From Acidobacteriota bacterium (GTDB lineage: Bacteria; Acidobacteriota; Vicinamibacteria; Vicinamibacterales; UBA2999), in NCBI GenBank assembly GCA_022842985.1, contig JALHON010000001.1:1-56717 (forward strand): a DNA stretch of 56,717 bases, read 5' to 3'. The notes beneath the pieces were generated by a model. It saw only the letters and a program-made list of their open reading frames with translations. It did not search any database and was not told the origin of the DNA. Shown one piece after another: positions 25,370 to 34,441 of the stretch. Numbering within the stretch: the first letter of the stretch is position 1; every line of letters starts with the position of its first letter. Position numbers and translations under genes: made by a program.

Positions 25370-25957
25370 ATGGGCGGAGACGACGCGATGCATCCGGCAC
25401 AGCGGTCAGACACGCGGCTCACCTACGACGACTTCCTGCTGTTCCCAGACGACGGGCACCGGCACGAACTCATCGACGGAGAGCACTACGTGACGCCCAG
25501 CCCGAGCACACGGCACCAGCGGCTGGTGGTGCGCCTGGCGACGGTGCTGGCCTCGTATGCCGAGGCGCACCCAGGGTCGGGCGAGGTCTTCGTGGCGCCG
25601 TTCGACGTCGTGTTCAGCGACTTCGACGTCGTCGAGCCGGATCTGCTCTTCATTGCTGCCGATCAACAGGACATCGTCACCGAGATGCATGTGCGTGGTG
25701 CGCCGGCACTCGTCGTTGAGGTCCTGTCGCCGGGCACGCGGCGCGTGGACGAGAAATCGAAGTACCGGCTCTTCGATCGAGCCGGCGTGCGCGAATACTG
25801 GCTCGTCGATCCGGAGCTGGACATCGTGAAGGTCTTTCGGCGCGACCCGAGCGGCGCTTTCCCCCGCGTGGCCGAACTCGCAGGCGAGGCCGGTGACACG
25901 CTTACGACGCCACTGCTGCCGGCGTTCAGCCTGTCACTAACCTCGCTCTTCCGCTGA
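25370..25957 (+). CDS. Uma2 family (DUF820) PD-(D/E)xK-like endonuclease
   Basis: ORF 25370..25957 (ATG 25388 is an alternative start). HELIDGE...SPSTRHQ...VEPDLLFI...PALVVEVLSPGTRRVDEKSKYRLFDRAGVREYWLVDP. The last codons SLFR-stop lie inside repeat copy 2. Confidence 0.85.
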   Translation: MGGDDAMHPAQRSDTRLTYDDFLLFPDDGHRHELIDGEHYVTPSPSTRHQRLVVRLATVLASYAEAHPGSGEVFVAPFDVVFSDFDVVEPDLLFIAADQQDIVTEMHVRGAPALVVEVLSPGTRRVDEKSKYRLFDRAGVREYWLVDPELDIVKVFRRDPSGAFPRVAELAGEAGDTLTTPLLPAFSLSLTSLFR

Positions 25958-25965
25958 GCCCGGCC
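25943..25965. repeat. 23-bp direct repeat, copy 2 (supplies the last 4 codons plus stop of the Uma2 gene)
   Basis: TCGCTCTTCCGCTGAGCCCGGCC, identical to 25205..25227 at an offset of 738 bp. Confidence 0.95.
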
Positions 25966-25984
25966 CCTGGGCCGAGCGCACTCA

Positions 25985-26012
25985 GCCCCGAGTCCCGGCC
26001 CCCGAGCCCCGA
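25985..26012. repeat. four tandem C-rich heptamers of the same family as 6458..6492
   Basis: GCCCCGA GTCCCGG CCCCCGA GCCCCGA, in the intergenic region upstream of the GGDEF-EAL gene. Confidence 0.9.
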
Positions 26013-26138
26013 CGGGTCACCTGACCACTTTGACGTCCGTTCGCCCGGCAGTCTAGCAGCCGGCGGTGGTCCAGACTGTGCAGCGCCGTGCGATGTGGTG
26101 GCTGCACGGTCCCGCAATCCGTCCCGATAACCGAAGAG

Positions 26139-28586
26139 ATGAGCACCAAGACGGCCGGCAGCGACCTGCCGTGGCACCAGCGCCTCGAAGCGCGCGTCGC
26201 CTCGGCGCTCGGCCTGCTCGTGGCCGTCGCGCTCGGCGCGGTGCTCTTTGCCACGCTGGGCGTGGTCTCGTCGCAGTCACGCGACCGCGTGGCGGCCGAC
26301 CTCGAGGTGGCGCAGACCGCCTTTCATCGTCTGCTCGCCCTGCGCATCCGCGCCGCCATCGACGTCGTGGACGTCGCCGTCCAGGCGCCCGCCTTCCGGG
26401 ATCGCGCCAGTGAGACGCCGGGCGCGGCGACGGCGCTGGCCGAGGGCCAGCGCGGCCCGCTCCAGGCCGCCTTCACCATCGTGAGCCGCGCCGATGGCAG
26501 CTGGACCGGCACGGCCGGCTGGGCCGACCACTCCGGCAGCGGCCTGCCCGTCGTGCGCAACGCGCAGACCCGGGCGCTGCGCGGCCAGCCCACCGGGGCG
26601 CTCGTACAGGACGACAGCCGTCTCTTCCTCGCGGTCTCGGTGCCCGTGCGCGACGGCGAACGCGTGGCCGGCACGTTCACGGCCGGGTATCCACTGACCG
26701 ACGACGTCGCCCGCGACCTCGCCAACCTCGCCCGCTGCGAAGTGGCGCTCGTCGTGAACGGGCAACTCGTGGCGACGAGCCTGCGCGAGCGGCTGGGCGC
26801 CGGCGCCGAGCCGCTCGTCGTGGCCACGATGGCCGCGCCCGGCGTGCGGCCGGACGTGCTCGACGTGGGCGGCCGCGAATACGTGGCCGGCGTCTTCCCG
26901 CTCAGTCCCGACCTGCCCGGCGGCGACGCCGTGCGCCTGCTCGTGCTCTCGGACTGGGCGTCCACGCAGCGGTTCGTGGACGCGCTCGAGATTCGCTTCG
27001 CCATTGCCGGCGTGGTGGCGCTGCTGCTGTCGCTCGTCGGTGGCGTCTTCCTGAGCCGGCATTTGAGCCGGCCGCTGCGCGACATCGCCACGGCGGCCAC
27101 CGAAATCGCCGCCGGGAATCTGGCGCTGCAGCTGCCCGTGCGCGGCACCGCCGAGGCTGCCACCGTGGCGCAGGCGTTCAACGCGATGAGCGTGAGCCTC
27201 AAGTCGGCGCACGAACGCCTCGTGCACGACGCGATTCACGACCACCTCACGCAGTTGCCGAACCGCTCGCATTTCAAGGACCGGCTCGATCGGGCGCTGG
27301 CGCGCCGCCTGCGCCGCAAGGACTACCAGTTCGCCGTGCTGTTCGTGGACCTCGACCGCTTCAAGCACGTGAACGACAGCCTGGGCCACACGGCCGGCGA
27401 TCGCCTGCTCGTCATGTTCGCCGAGCGTCTGGCCTCGGCCGTGCGCGCCGAAGACGTCGTCACGCGCATGCCCGGCGCCGGCACCGTGCCCGAGCCGACG
27501 CTCGCCCGCTTCGGCGGCGACGAGTTCGCCGTGCTGCTCGACGGCATCCGCGAGCCGATCGACGCGGTGCGTGTCGCCAAGCGCGTCCAGCAGATGGCGG
27601 CACAGCCGCTGCACCTCGACGGGCAGGACGTCTTCGCCAGCGCCAGCATCGGCGTGGCCGTGGCGACCGACGCGCACAAGTCGGGAGAGGACGTCATCCG
27701 CGACGCCGACCTGGCGATGTATCGCGCCAAGAACGCCGGCGCCGGCGGCTATTCGGTGTTCGACGCCGCGCTGCACGACGAGGCGGTGCGCCGGCTGCGC
27801 CTCGAGACGGACCTGCGTCACGCGGTCGAGCGCGAGGAGTTCCGCGTGTGGTACCAGCCGATCGTGTGGCTGGGCGATCACCGCGTCGTCGGCGTCGAGG
27901 CGCTCGTGCGCTGGCAGCATCCCGAGCGCGGGCTGGTCTCACCGGGCGAGTTCTTCGACGTGGCCGAAGAAGTGGGCCTCATCACCCAGATCGACGAGTG
28001 GGTGCTGCAGGCGGCGTGCCGTCAGGTGCGCGCGTGGCTCGACGCCGGTGTGGTCACGCCAGCCTTCACGGTGAGCGTGAACCTCTCGGCCAAGGCCTTC
28101 GCGCAGGAGGCGCTCGTGCAGCGTGTCTCCGGCATGCTGCAGGCCACCGGCTGCCCGGCCGCCAGCCTGCGCCTCGAGATCACCGAAGGCGCCGCCATCA
28201 AGGACGCGGCGCGCGCCCGCGTGGTACTGGCGCAGCTGCGCGCGCTCGGCGTGCGCATCAGCCTCGACGACTTCGGCACCGGCTACAGCTCGCTCAGCTA
28301 TCTGCAGTCGCTGCCGCTCGACGTGCTCAAGATCGATCGCTCGTTCGTGGCCGGCATCGGCACCGACAAGGACAAGGGCGAGATCGTGAAGCTCATCGTC
28401 GGCCTGGCGCGCACGCTGAAGCTCGAGATCGTGGCCGAGGGCACCGAGACCGAAGCGCAGGTCGAGTACCTGCGCCTGCTCGGCTGCCAGTTCGGGCAGG
28501 GCTACTTCTTCGCGAAGCCGGCCGAGCCAGCGAACGGCCGCCCGCCCGCGGTGCCGCGCCGCCAGCGCGCCGGCGCTACGGCCTGA
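26139..28586 (+). CDS. membrane sensor diguanylate cyclase/phosphodiesterase (periplasmic domain-HAMP-GGDEF-EAL)
   Basis: In the frame of ORF 26088..28586 from ATG 26139. Two TM helices flank a roughly 260-aa sensor region. HAMP (LSRPLRDIATAATEIAAGNL). RFGGDEFAVLL. EAL motifs VEALVRW and DDFGTGYSSL. Confidence 0.9.
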   Translation: MSTKTAGSDLPWHQRLEARVASALGLLVAVALGAVLFATLGVVSSQSRDRVAADLEVAQTAFHRLLALRIRAAIDVVDVAVQAPAFRDRASETPGAATALAEGQRGPLQAAFTIVSRADGSWTGTAGWADHSGSGLPVVRNAQTRALRGQPTGALVQDDSRLFLAVSVPVRDGERVAGTFTAGYPLTDDVARDLANLARCEVALVVNGQLVATSLRERLGAGAEPLVVATMAAPGVRPDVLDVGGREYVAGVFPLSPDLPGGDAVRLLVLSDWASTQRFVDALEIRFAIAGVVALLLSLVGGVFLSRHLSRPLRDIATAATEIAAGNLALQLPVRGTAEAATVAQAFNAMSVSLKSAHERLVHDAIHDHLTQLPNRSHFKDRLDRALARRLRRKDYQFAVLFVDLDRFKHVNDSLGHTAGDRLLVMFAERLASAVRAEDVVTRMPGAGTVPEPTLARFGGDEFAVLLDGIREPIDAVRVAKRVQQMAAQPLHLDGQDVFASASIGVAVATDAHKSGEDVIRDADLAMYRAKNAGAGGYSVFDAALHDEAVRRLRLETDLRHAVEREEFRVWYQPIVWLGDHRVVGVEALVRWQHPERGLVSPGEFFDVAEEVGLITQIDEWVLQAACRQVRAWLDAGVVTPAFTVSVNLSAKAFAQEALVQRVSGMLQATGCPAASLRLEITEGAAIKDAARARVVLAQLRALGVRISLDDFGTGYSSLSYLQSLPLDVLKIDRSFVAGIGTDKDKGEIVKLIVGLARTLKLEIVAEGTETEAQVEYLRLLGCQFGQGYFFAKPAEPANGRPPAVPRRQRAGATA

Positions 28587-29811
28587 GCGCCGCGAGCGCT
28601 GCGGCGTCGAGAAACTGCCCGCGCAGCACCACCGCCGACAGGCGGCGCAGGGCGCGGATGTCGTCGAGAGGATTGCCGTCCACGAGCAGGAACGAGGCAG
28701 GGCCGCCCACGCGGATCCGGCCGGCGTCGGGGCGCCCGGCCGCGGCCGCCGACGTGACCGTGGCGGCCGTCAGCACGTCGCGCGGCGCCATGCCGATCTC
28801 CACCAGCCGCTCGAGTTCGGTGAGCAGCAGGTCACCATGCCGGTCGAGCACGTCGGTGCCCGTGATGATCGGCACACCGAGGCGCGCAGCCTTGGCGGCG
28901 ATGGGCTTCATGCGCGCGTAGGCCTGCCGGCGCGCCGCCGCGGCCTCGGGGCGGGCGCCGTCGATCGTGGCCTCGTAGCCGATGAGCGTGGGATCGAAGT
29001 ACGTGCCGTTCGCCTTGAGCACGCCGAAGATCTCGTCGCCGAGCGCGCCGTCGAGCCCGTCGGCGAGTTCCGTGAAGCGTGCCGGCGTCAGTCTCAGGTC
29101 GGGCTGGAGGTTCTCGAAGATCGTCTGGATATGTTCGATCGTTCGCAGGCCGGCGCGCGAGGCCTCGGCCCACGACATGACGAGCGGCACGTGGCCCGAG
29201 ACCGTGAGGCCGGACTTCCCGGCCTCATCGATGATGGCGTCGAACGCCTCGCGGTTGGTGGCGCGGTGCACCTTCAGGAAGTCCACGCCGCGCGCCTTCA
29301 GCTCGCGCACGGCCGCCCGCGCCTCGGCGGCGGTCGTGACCTTGCGATGGAAGTCGGCGGGTTGCTCGCTGTTGAGCGTCGGCCCGGCGATGACGAGATC
29401 GGGACCCACGCGCCGGCCGGCGCGGATGTCCTCGCGCAGCGGCAGCAGCTGGTCGAGGAAGCCGCCCATGTCGCGCACGTGCAGCACGCCGTGGCCCACG
29501 TAGCGTTCCGGGGCGCGGCCGACGGGCGTGAGCGCGGCGAGGTGGGCGTGCATCTCCCAGAGGCCGGCCACGGCGAACTTCCCGCGGCCGTCGATGACCC
29601 GGGCCGCCGGCGGGCGCGCCGCTCCCGCATCGAGCGTCTCGATGCGGCCGTCCCGCACGACGATCGTGGCCGTACGCAGCGACGGCGTCGCCGTGGGGTC
29701 GACGAGCGTGACCTGCTCGATGACGAGCCCCGGCTGCGCGGCGGCCGGCCGCACGGCCGGTCCGAGCAGTTGGGACAGCACCAGCACCGCGAGAGGCAAG
29801 CTGAGGCGCAT
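28576..29811 (-). CDS. secreted amidohydrolase family metallohydrolase
   Basis: ORF 28576..29811. Signal peptide. GLWEMHAHL metal-binding HxH context. C-terminal ITGTD...LVDGNPLDDI is typical of amidohydrolase_1-like proteins. The 3' end overlaps the convergent GGDEF-EAL gene by 11 nt. Confidence 0.8.
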   Translation of the reverse strand: MRLSLPLAVLVLSQLLGPAVRPAAAQPGLVIEQVTLVDPTATPSLRTATIVVRDGRIETLDAGAARPPAARVIDGRGKFAVAGLWEMHAHLAALTPVGRAPERYVGHGVLHVRDMGGFLDQLLPLREDIRAGRRVGPDLVIAGPTLNSEQPADFHRKVTTAAEARAAVRELKARGVDFLKVHRATNREAFDAIIDEAGKSGLTVSGHVPLVMSWAEASRAGLRTIEHIQTIFENLQPDLRLTPARFTELADGLDGALGDEIFGVLKANGTYFDPTLIGYEATIDGARPEAAAARRQAYARMKPIAAKAARLGVPIITGTDVLDRHGDLLLTELERLVEIGMAPRDVLTAATVTSAAAAGRPDAGRIRVGGPASFLLVDGNPLDDIRALRRLSAVVLRGQFLDAAALAALRP

Positions 29812-29862
29812 GCAGCAACAGACGTTCAGGGCGCCCGGAGGTTCCGCCCCCGGGGCGCGGCG

Positions 29863-30174
29863 TCAGACGGCCGGGGGCGTAGCGATGCGGTCCAGGTCGT
29901 CCTTGCCGATGACGACGTTCCAGCAGTGCAGCTCGTACTGCGCGATGTGCTGCTGGTAGAACGGATCGCCGTCGCGGATGGCGTCGAGATCGCGCTGCGG
30001 GTTGTCGTCCGAGACCTTCAGCAGGAAGATGCCGCCGTAGCGCGGGTCCATCGGGCCCGAGGCCACGAGTTTCCCGTCGGCCTTGAGCTGGCGCAGGTAG
30101 GTGCGGTGCACGGGCGTCGCCGCCTCGACTTCCTCGATGGGGCGGCGGTAGCGGACAATGGCGATGGCGTACAT
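29863..30174 (-). CDS. YciI family protein
   Basis: ORF 29863..30174, 103 aa. HRTYLRQLKADGKLVASGP...GGIFLLKV...DPFY is typical of YciI-like proteins. Confidence 0.75.
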   Translation of the reverse strand: MYAIAIVRYRRPIEEVEAATPVHRTYLRQLKADGKLVASGPMDPRYGGIFLLKVSDDNPQRDLDAIRDGDPFYQQHIAQYELHCWNVVIGKDDLDRIATPPAV

Positions 30175-30190
30175 AGCGCAGGATTATTCC

Positions 30191-30676
30191 ATGATCCGGA
30201 TTCTGGTCACCGGCGGCACGTTCGACAAGGAATACGACGAAGTGCGGGGGCGGCTGTTCTTCAAGGACACCCACGTCCAGGAGATGCTCGACAAGGGCCG
30301 ATCGCGCGTGCCGGTGTCGATCCGCACGCTCATGATGATCGACAGCCTCGAGATGACCGACGCCGATCGCGCGCTCGTCGTCGAGCAGTGCCGGCAGTCG
30401 GACGTCGATCGCATCGTCGTCACGCACGGCACCGACACGATGGTCGAGACCGGCCGGGCCATCGCGGCCGCCGGTCTTGCCGGCAAGACCGTGGTGCTCA
30501 CCGGCGCGATGATTCCCTACGCCTTCGGCAGCTCCGACGGGCTCTTCAACCTGGGCAGCGCGCTCAGCTTCGCGCAGGTGCTGCCGCCGGGCGTCTACGT
30601 GGCCATGAACGGCCAGTGCTTTCCCTGGGACCAGGTGCGGAAGAACCGCGACACGGCGACCTTCGAGCGCGTCTGA
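30191..30676 (+). CDS. stand-alone asparaginase N-terminal-domain protein
   Basis: In the frame of ORF 30158..30676 from ATG 30191. ILVTGGTFDK (TGGT threonine motif) and VVTHGTDTMVETG. Only 161 aa, so the asparaginase C-terminal domain is absent. Confidence 0.75.
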   Translation: MIRILVTGGTFDKEYDEVRGRLFFKDTHVQEMLDKGRSRVPVSIRTLMMIDSLEMTDADRALVVEQCRQSDVDRIVVTHGTDTMVETGRAIAAAGLAGKTVVLTGAMIPYAFGSSDGLFNLGSALSFAQVLPPGVYVAMNGQCFPWDQVRKNRDTATFERV

Positions 30677-30752
30677 CCACAGCCGCGGCGCGTCACGCCG
30701 CTGTTTCGTCGTTGACACATCTGAAACGTTCGTGCGACAAGGCGTCGTGCGA

Positions 30753-31415
30753 ATGGACGGCTGGTCGTGGGCGCTCGTGTGCGCGGGTCTGGCAGCCGCG
30801 GTGCCGCCCCTCGGCGCGGCCGCTGGCGCACCGGCCTCTGTGCCGCCGCGCTTTCGCCTGTCGCTCACCGCGTCCATGGCGCTCCCCGTCGAAGTGCGTG
30901 CCGCGGCGGAACACGAGATCCGCCGGATCTGGCGCCGCGAGGGGATTACGGTCGACATCGGTTCCACGGCCGCCTTCGGCGACGCCGCCGTGGATATGCG
31001 CGTCCTCATCGTGTCCGCGGCGGCGGCCCCGGCCACCCGCGACGGCCACCAGTGGCCGGTGGCCGAGCTGCTGGGGGACGCGGCCGGTCAGCCGGTGGCG
31101 CTGGCGTCGGTCGCGGCGGCTCGTCGTGTGCTCGACGCCGCCCGCCTCGCCGACGCCCCGACGACACTGGTGCATCGCCGCCTCGGGGTCGTCCTCGGCC
31201 TCGCCGTCGCGCACGAGATCGGCCATCACCTGCTGAATACGACCGGGCATGCGCGGCATGGCCTGATGCGCGCGCGCATCGACGCCCGCGAGTTCGCGGA
31301 CCTGCGCGAGGGCGGTTTCGATCTGGATGATGACGCCGCGCAGTGGGCGCGGGCGCGCCTCACGCGTCCGCCCGCCGATGCCCTGCGGCTGGCCCGCTTC
31401 GTCTACCGGCCGTAG
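30753..31415 (+). CDS. secreted hypothetical protein with zincin-like HEIGH motif
   Basis: In the frame of ORF 30732..31415 from ATG 30753. Signal-like N-terminus. LAVAHEIGHHLLNTTGHARHGLM. No family recognised. Confidence 0.5.
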   Translation: MDGWSWALVCAGLAAAVPPLGAAAGAPASVPPRFRLSLTASMALPVEVRAAAEHEIRRIWRREGITVDIGSTAAFGDAAVDMRVLIVSAAAAPATRDGHQWPVAELLGDAAGQPVALASVAAARRVLDAARLADAPTTLVHRRLGVVLGLAVAHEIGHHLLNTTGHARHGLMRARIDAREFADLREGGFDLDDDAAQWARARLTRPPADALRLARFVYRP

Positions 31416-31584
31416 CCGCGTTCACGTCTTCCTGACCCTCCCTCTGTTCCGTCAGCACGATCTGCGGACCGCGTGACGCGCGTGCAACGCACGGGCTTCG
31501 CGTGGCCGTTACGCCGCGTTGGCGTCGCTGTCGCGCCCAGCCGCCACCATAGCGACGTTCACCCGTCATGCGGAGATCGTCACG

Positions 31585-34441
31585 ATGCAGCGACTGTTCA
31601 CCCTCCTGTTCCTCCTCTTTCTGGCCGTGCCGATGCGTGCGGCCGCGCAGAGCAACGCCACCGACGGCGCGCTCGATGGCTTCGTTCGCGATCCGAGCGG
31701 CGCCTCCGTGCCCGTGGCGCGTGTCATCGCCCTCAATCTCGGCACGAACCAGGTGCGCGAGACCACGACCGACGGCCAGGGCTACTTCCGGTTTCCGCTG
31801 CTGCAGGTGGGTGAGTACCAGCTGCTCGTGAGCGCACAGGGCTTTGCCGACTACCAGCAGACCGGCATCCGCCTCAGCGTCGGCACGCAGGCGCGCGTCG
31901 AGATTCCGCTCGCCGTCGGCGGCACGACCGAGACCGTGCAGGTCACGGCCGATGCGTCGATGGTGCTCGCCGGCCAGGGCGCGTCGGGCGCAGTGCTGAG
32001 CGAAGAAGCCGTGCGCACGCTGCCGATCACGTCGCGCAACGTCTACAACTTCCACCTCGTCGGCCCCGGTGTGAAGGGGCTGCCGAGCACCGGCTTCGGC
32101 ACCACGCAGTTCCTCGTGGGCGGGCACAACCGCATGGCCTGGTCGATGGACGGCATCGACAACTCGCAGCGCCGCACCAACCGCCAGATCCGGCTCGTCA
32201 TCAGCACGCCCGAGAACGTCGAGGAAATGCAGGTCCTGTCGGGCGCCTATTCGGCGGAATTCGGCCGCGCGGCCGGCGGCGTCATCAACGTCGTCAGCCG
32301 CTCGGGCACGAACAACTGGCGCGGCGGCGCGATGTCGCTCTTCCGGCCCAACGAGTGGGCGGCCCGTCCGCCGCTCGCGGCCGTCAAGCCGCAGCAGGAA
32401 TGGTGGATGGTGCAGGGCAACGCGGGTGGACCGCTCGTGCGCGACCGGGCGTTCTTCTTCGCCAACTACGAATACAACCCGCTCAAGTTGCCGCAGCCCG
32501 TCACGATCAATCCGGACGCCGCGGCCGCCATCGGCATCCCGGCGTCGGACCTCGGGAACTCGCCGTTCGGTGAGACGTTCCACACGCCCAGCCTGAAGGT
32601 GAACTTCCGCGCCAGCGATCGCAACAGCGGTTTCCTGCGCTACACGCGCTTCACCAACGACCAGCCGGGTGGCGGCGGCGGCCTTACGACGCCGAGCCGC
32701 AGCGTGTCGTTCAAGGACCGTATGAACGGTGTCGGCGCGCAGCTGGCCACCACGTTCGGCACCGGCCTGCTGAACGAACTGCGCTTCGGCTTCAACCGCC
32801 GCGCCGAGGAGCGCAGGCCCTACGGCGAGGCGACCGCCAACGGCGCCAACATCAGCATCAACAATGTGGCCAACTTCGGCGTCAACCCGACGGGCGGCTC
32901 GACCAGCGTCGAGGCCAGTCTGCAGTTCATCGACAACCTCACGTGGACGAAGGGCCGGCATTCGCTCAAGACCGGCATCGACTACCAGACGACCGGCTTC
33001 GACGTGACCAACGCGCTCGCGCGCAACTTCTCGTTCGCCGGTCTGGCCGCCGCCGGCAGCCGCGGCGCCGTGACGCCGCTCGACCAGTACCTGAATACGG
33101 TGGCCGGCCGCATCGACCCGGCCACGGGCCGGCCCTTCACCTACACGCAGCTCCAGCAGGAGCTCGGTGACCCCACGCTGAACCTGCGCTTCCACTATCT
33201 GAATCTCTTCCTGCAGGACGAGATCCGGCTGCGCGACGACCTCACGCTCAGCGCCGGCGTGCGCTATGAGCTGCAGAACTACCCGCTGCTCGACGCGCAG
33301 GCGCCGTATCCGCTGTCGCGCGAAGTCGTGGATGACACCAACAACATTGCGCCGCGCCTCGGCCTGACGTGGCGGCCCGGCGGCAGCCAGCGCACCTCGG
33401 TGCGCGCCGGCTACGGACTCTTCTACGACACGACGAGCCTCGGGCTCATCGTGAACGCGGCCCAGATCAACGGCCGCCGCATCCTGAGCTACGTCGTGCC
33501 CGGCAGTGACGCGCGCGCGCCGCAGTTCCCGAACCTGCTCTCCACGGCGGACCCGGCCTTCTCGACGCCGCCGAGCATCACCGTGTTCCCCGACAACTTC
33601 GAGACGATGTTCGCGCACCAGGCGAACGTGACGGTCGAGCGCCAGCTCACCGACCACCTGCTGCTGGCCCGTGGGCTACAGCTACTGGGGCCACCGCGAC
33701 GCGCCGTACGCGCGCGACATCAACCTCGGCCCGGTCACGAGCACCCTCGCCGACGGCCGTCCGGTGTTCACGGGTTCGACGAACCGGCCGAACGCGGCGT
33801 TCCGCGCCATCAACCTCGTGGAGAGCCAGGGACGCGGCACCTACCACGTGCTCGACCTCTCCGTGCGGCAGCGTCTCGCCGGCGGCGTGCAGCTGAGCGG
33901 CAGCTACAGCTATTCGCGCGCCAGGAGCATCGGCGACATGGAAGGCGGCGCCCTGACCGACCCGAGCGATCCGGAACGCGACTGGGGCCCGAGCCCCGGC
34001 GACCTGCGCCATAACGTCAGCGCGCAGGCCTCGTTCGCCCCTGAGATCGACCGCGGGCCGTTCCGCTGGCTCACGGGCACGCAGCTCTCGACGCTGGTCT
34101 TCTACAACAGCGGCTTCCCGGTGAACGCCACGGCGGGCGCCGATCTGAACAACGACCTCGTGCTGATCGATCGCGCCCTCTTCCGCGGCCGCAACGCCTT
34201 CGCCGGCCCGAGCTACTTCCAGGTGGACATGCGTCTGTCGCGCCGCATTCGCATCGCCGACCTGGGCTCGGTCGAGCTGATGGTGGAGTCCGAGAACATG
34301 CTGAACCGCCTGAACGCGTCGTGCAGCATCGCCGGGTGCACCGGCGCGGTCGTGAGCCGCGACGGCGCGGCTGACTTCGGCCGCATCACCGGCACGCGTC
34401 CCGGCCGCTACGTGCAGTTCGGCGCGCGGGTGCTCTTCTAA
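31585..34441 (+). pseudogene. CarboxypepD_reg-type TonB-dependent receptor-like outer-membrane protein with one frame disruption
   Basis: N-terminal 695 codons are in the frame of ORF 31519..34014 from ATG 31585 (signal peptide, then GFVRDPSGASVPVARVIALNLGTNQ...GYFRFPLLQVGEYQL). The C-terminal 256 codons are ORF 33671..34441, ending in F. Removing one C at 33668-33670 gives ...TDHLLLAVGYSYWGHRD..., which aligns with the intact paralogue at 43209..46097. Confidence 0.7.

Noticed and set aside
26277-27920. 547-aa minus-strand ORF
   Set aside because: It is an antisense shadow of the GGDEF-EAL gene.
28837-31236. 799-aa plus-strand ORF
   Set aside because: It runs antisense through the amidohydrolase and YciI genes and out of frame through the asparaginase-domain gene. 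Its composition is that of a shadow ORF.
31360-33657. 765-aa minus-strand ORF
   Set aside because: It is antisense to the TonB-receptor-like gene, has Arg-rich low-complexity composition, and shows no motifs.
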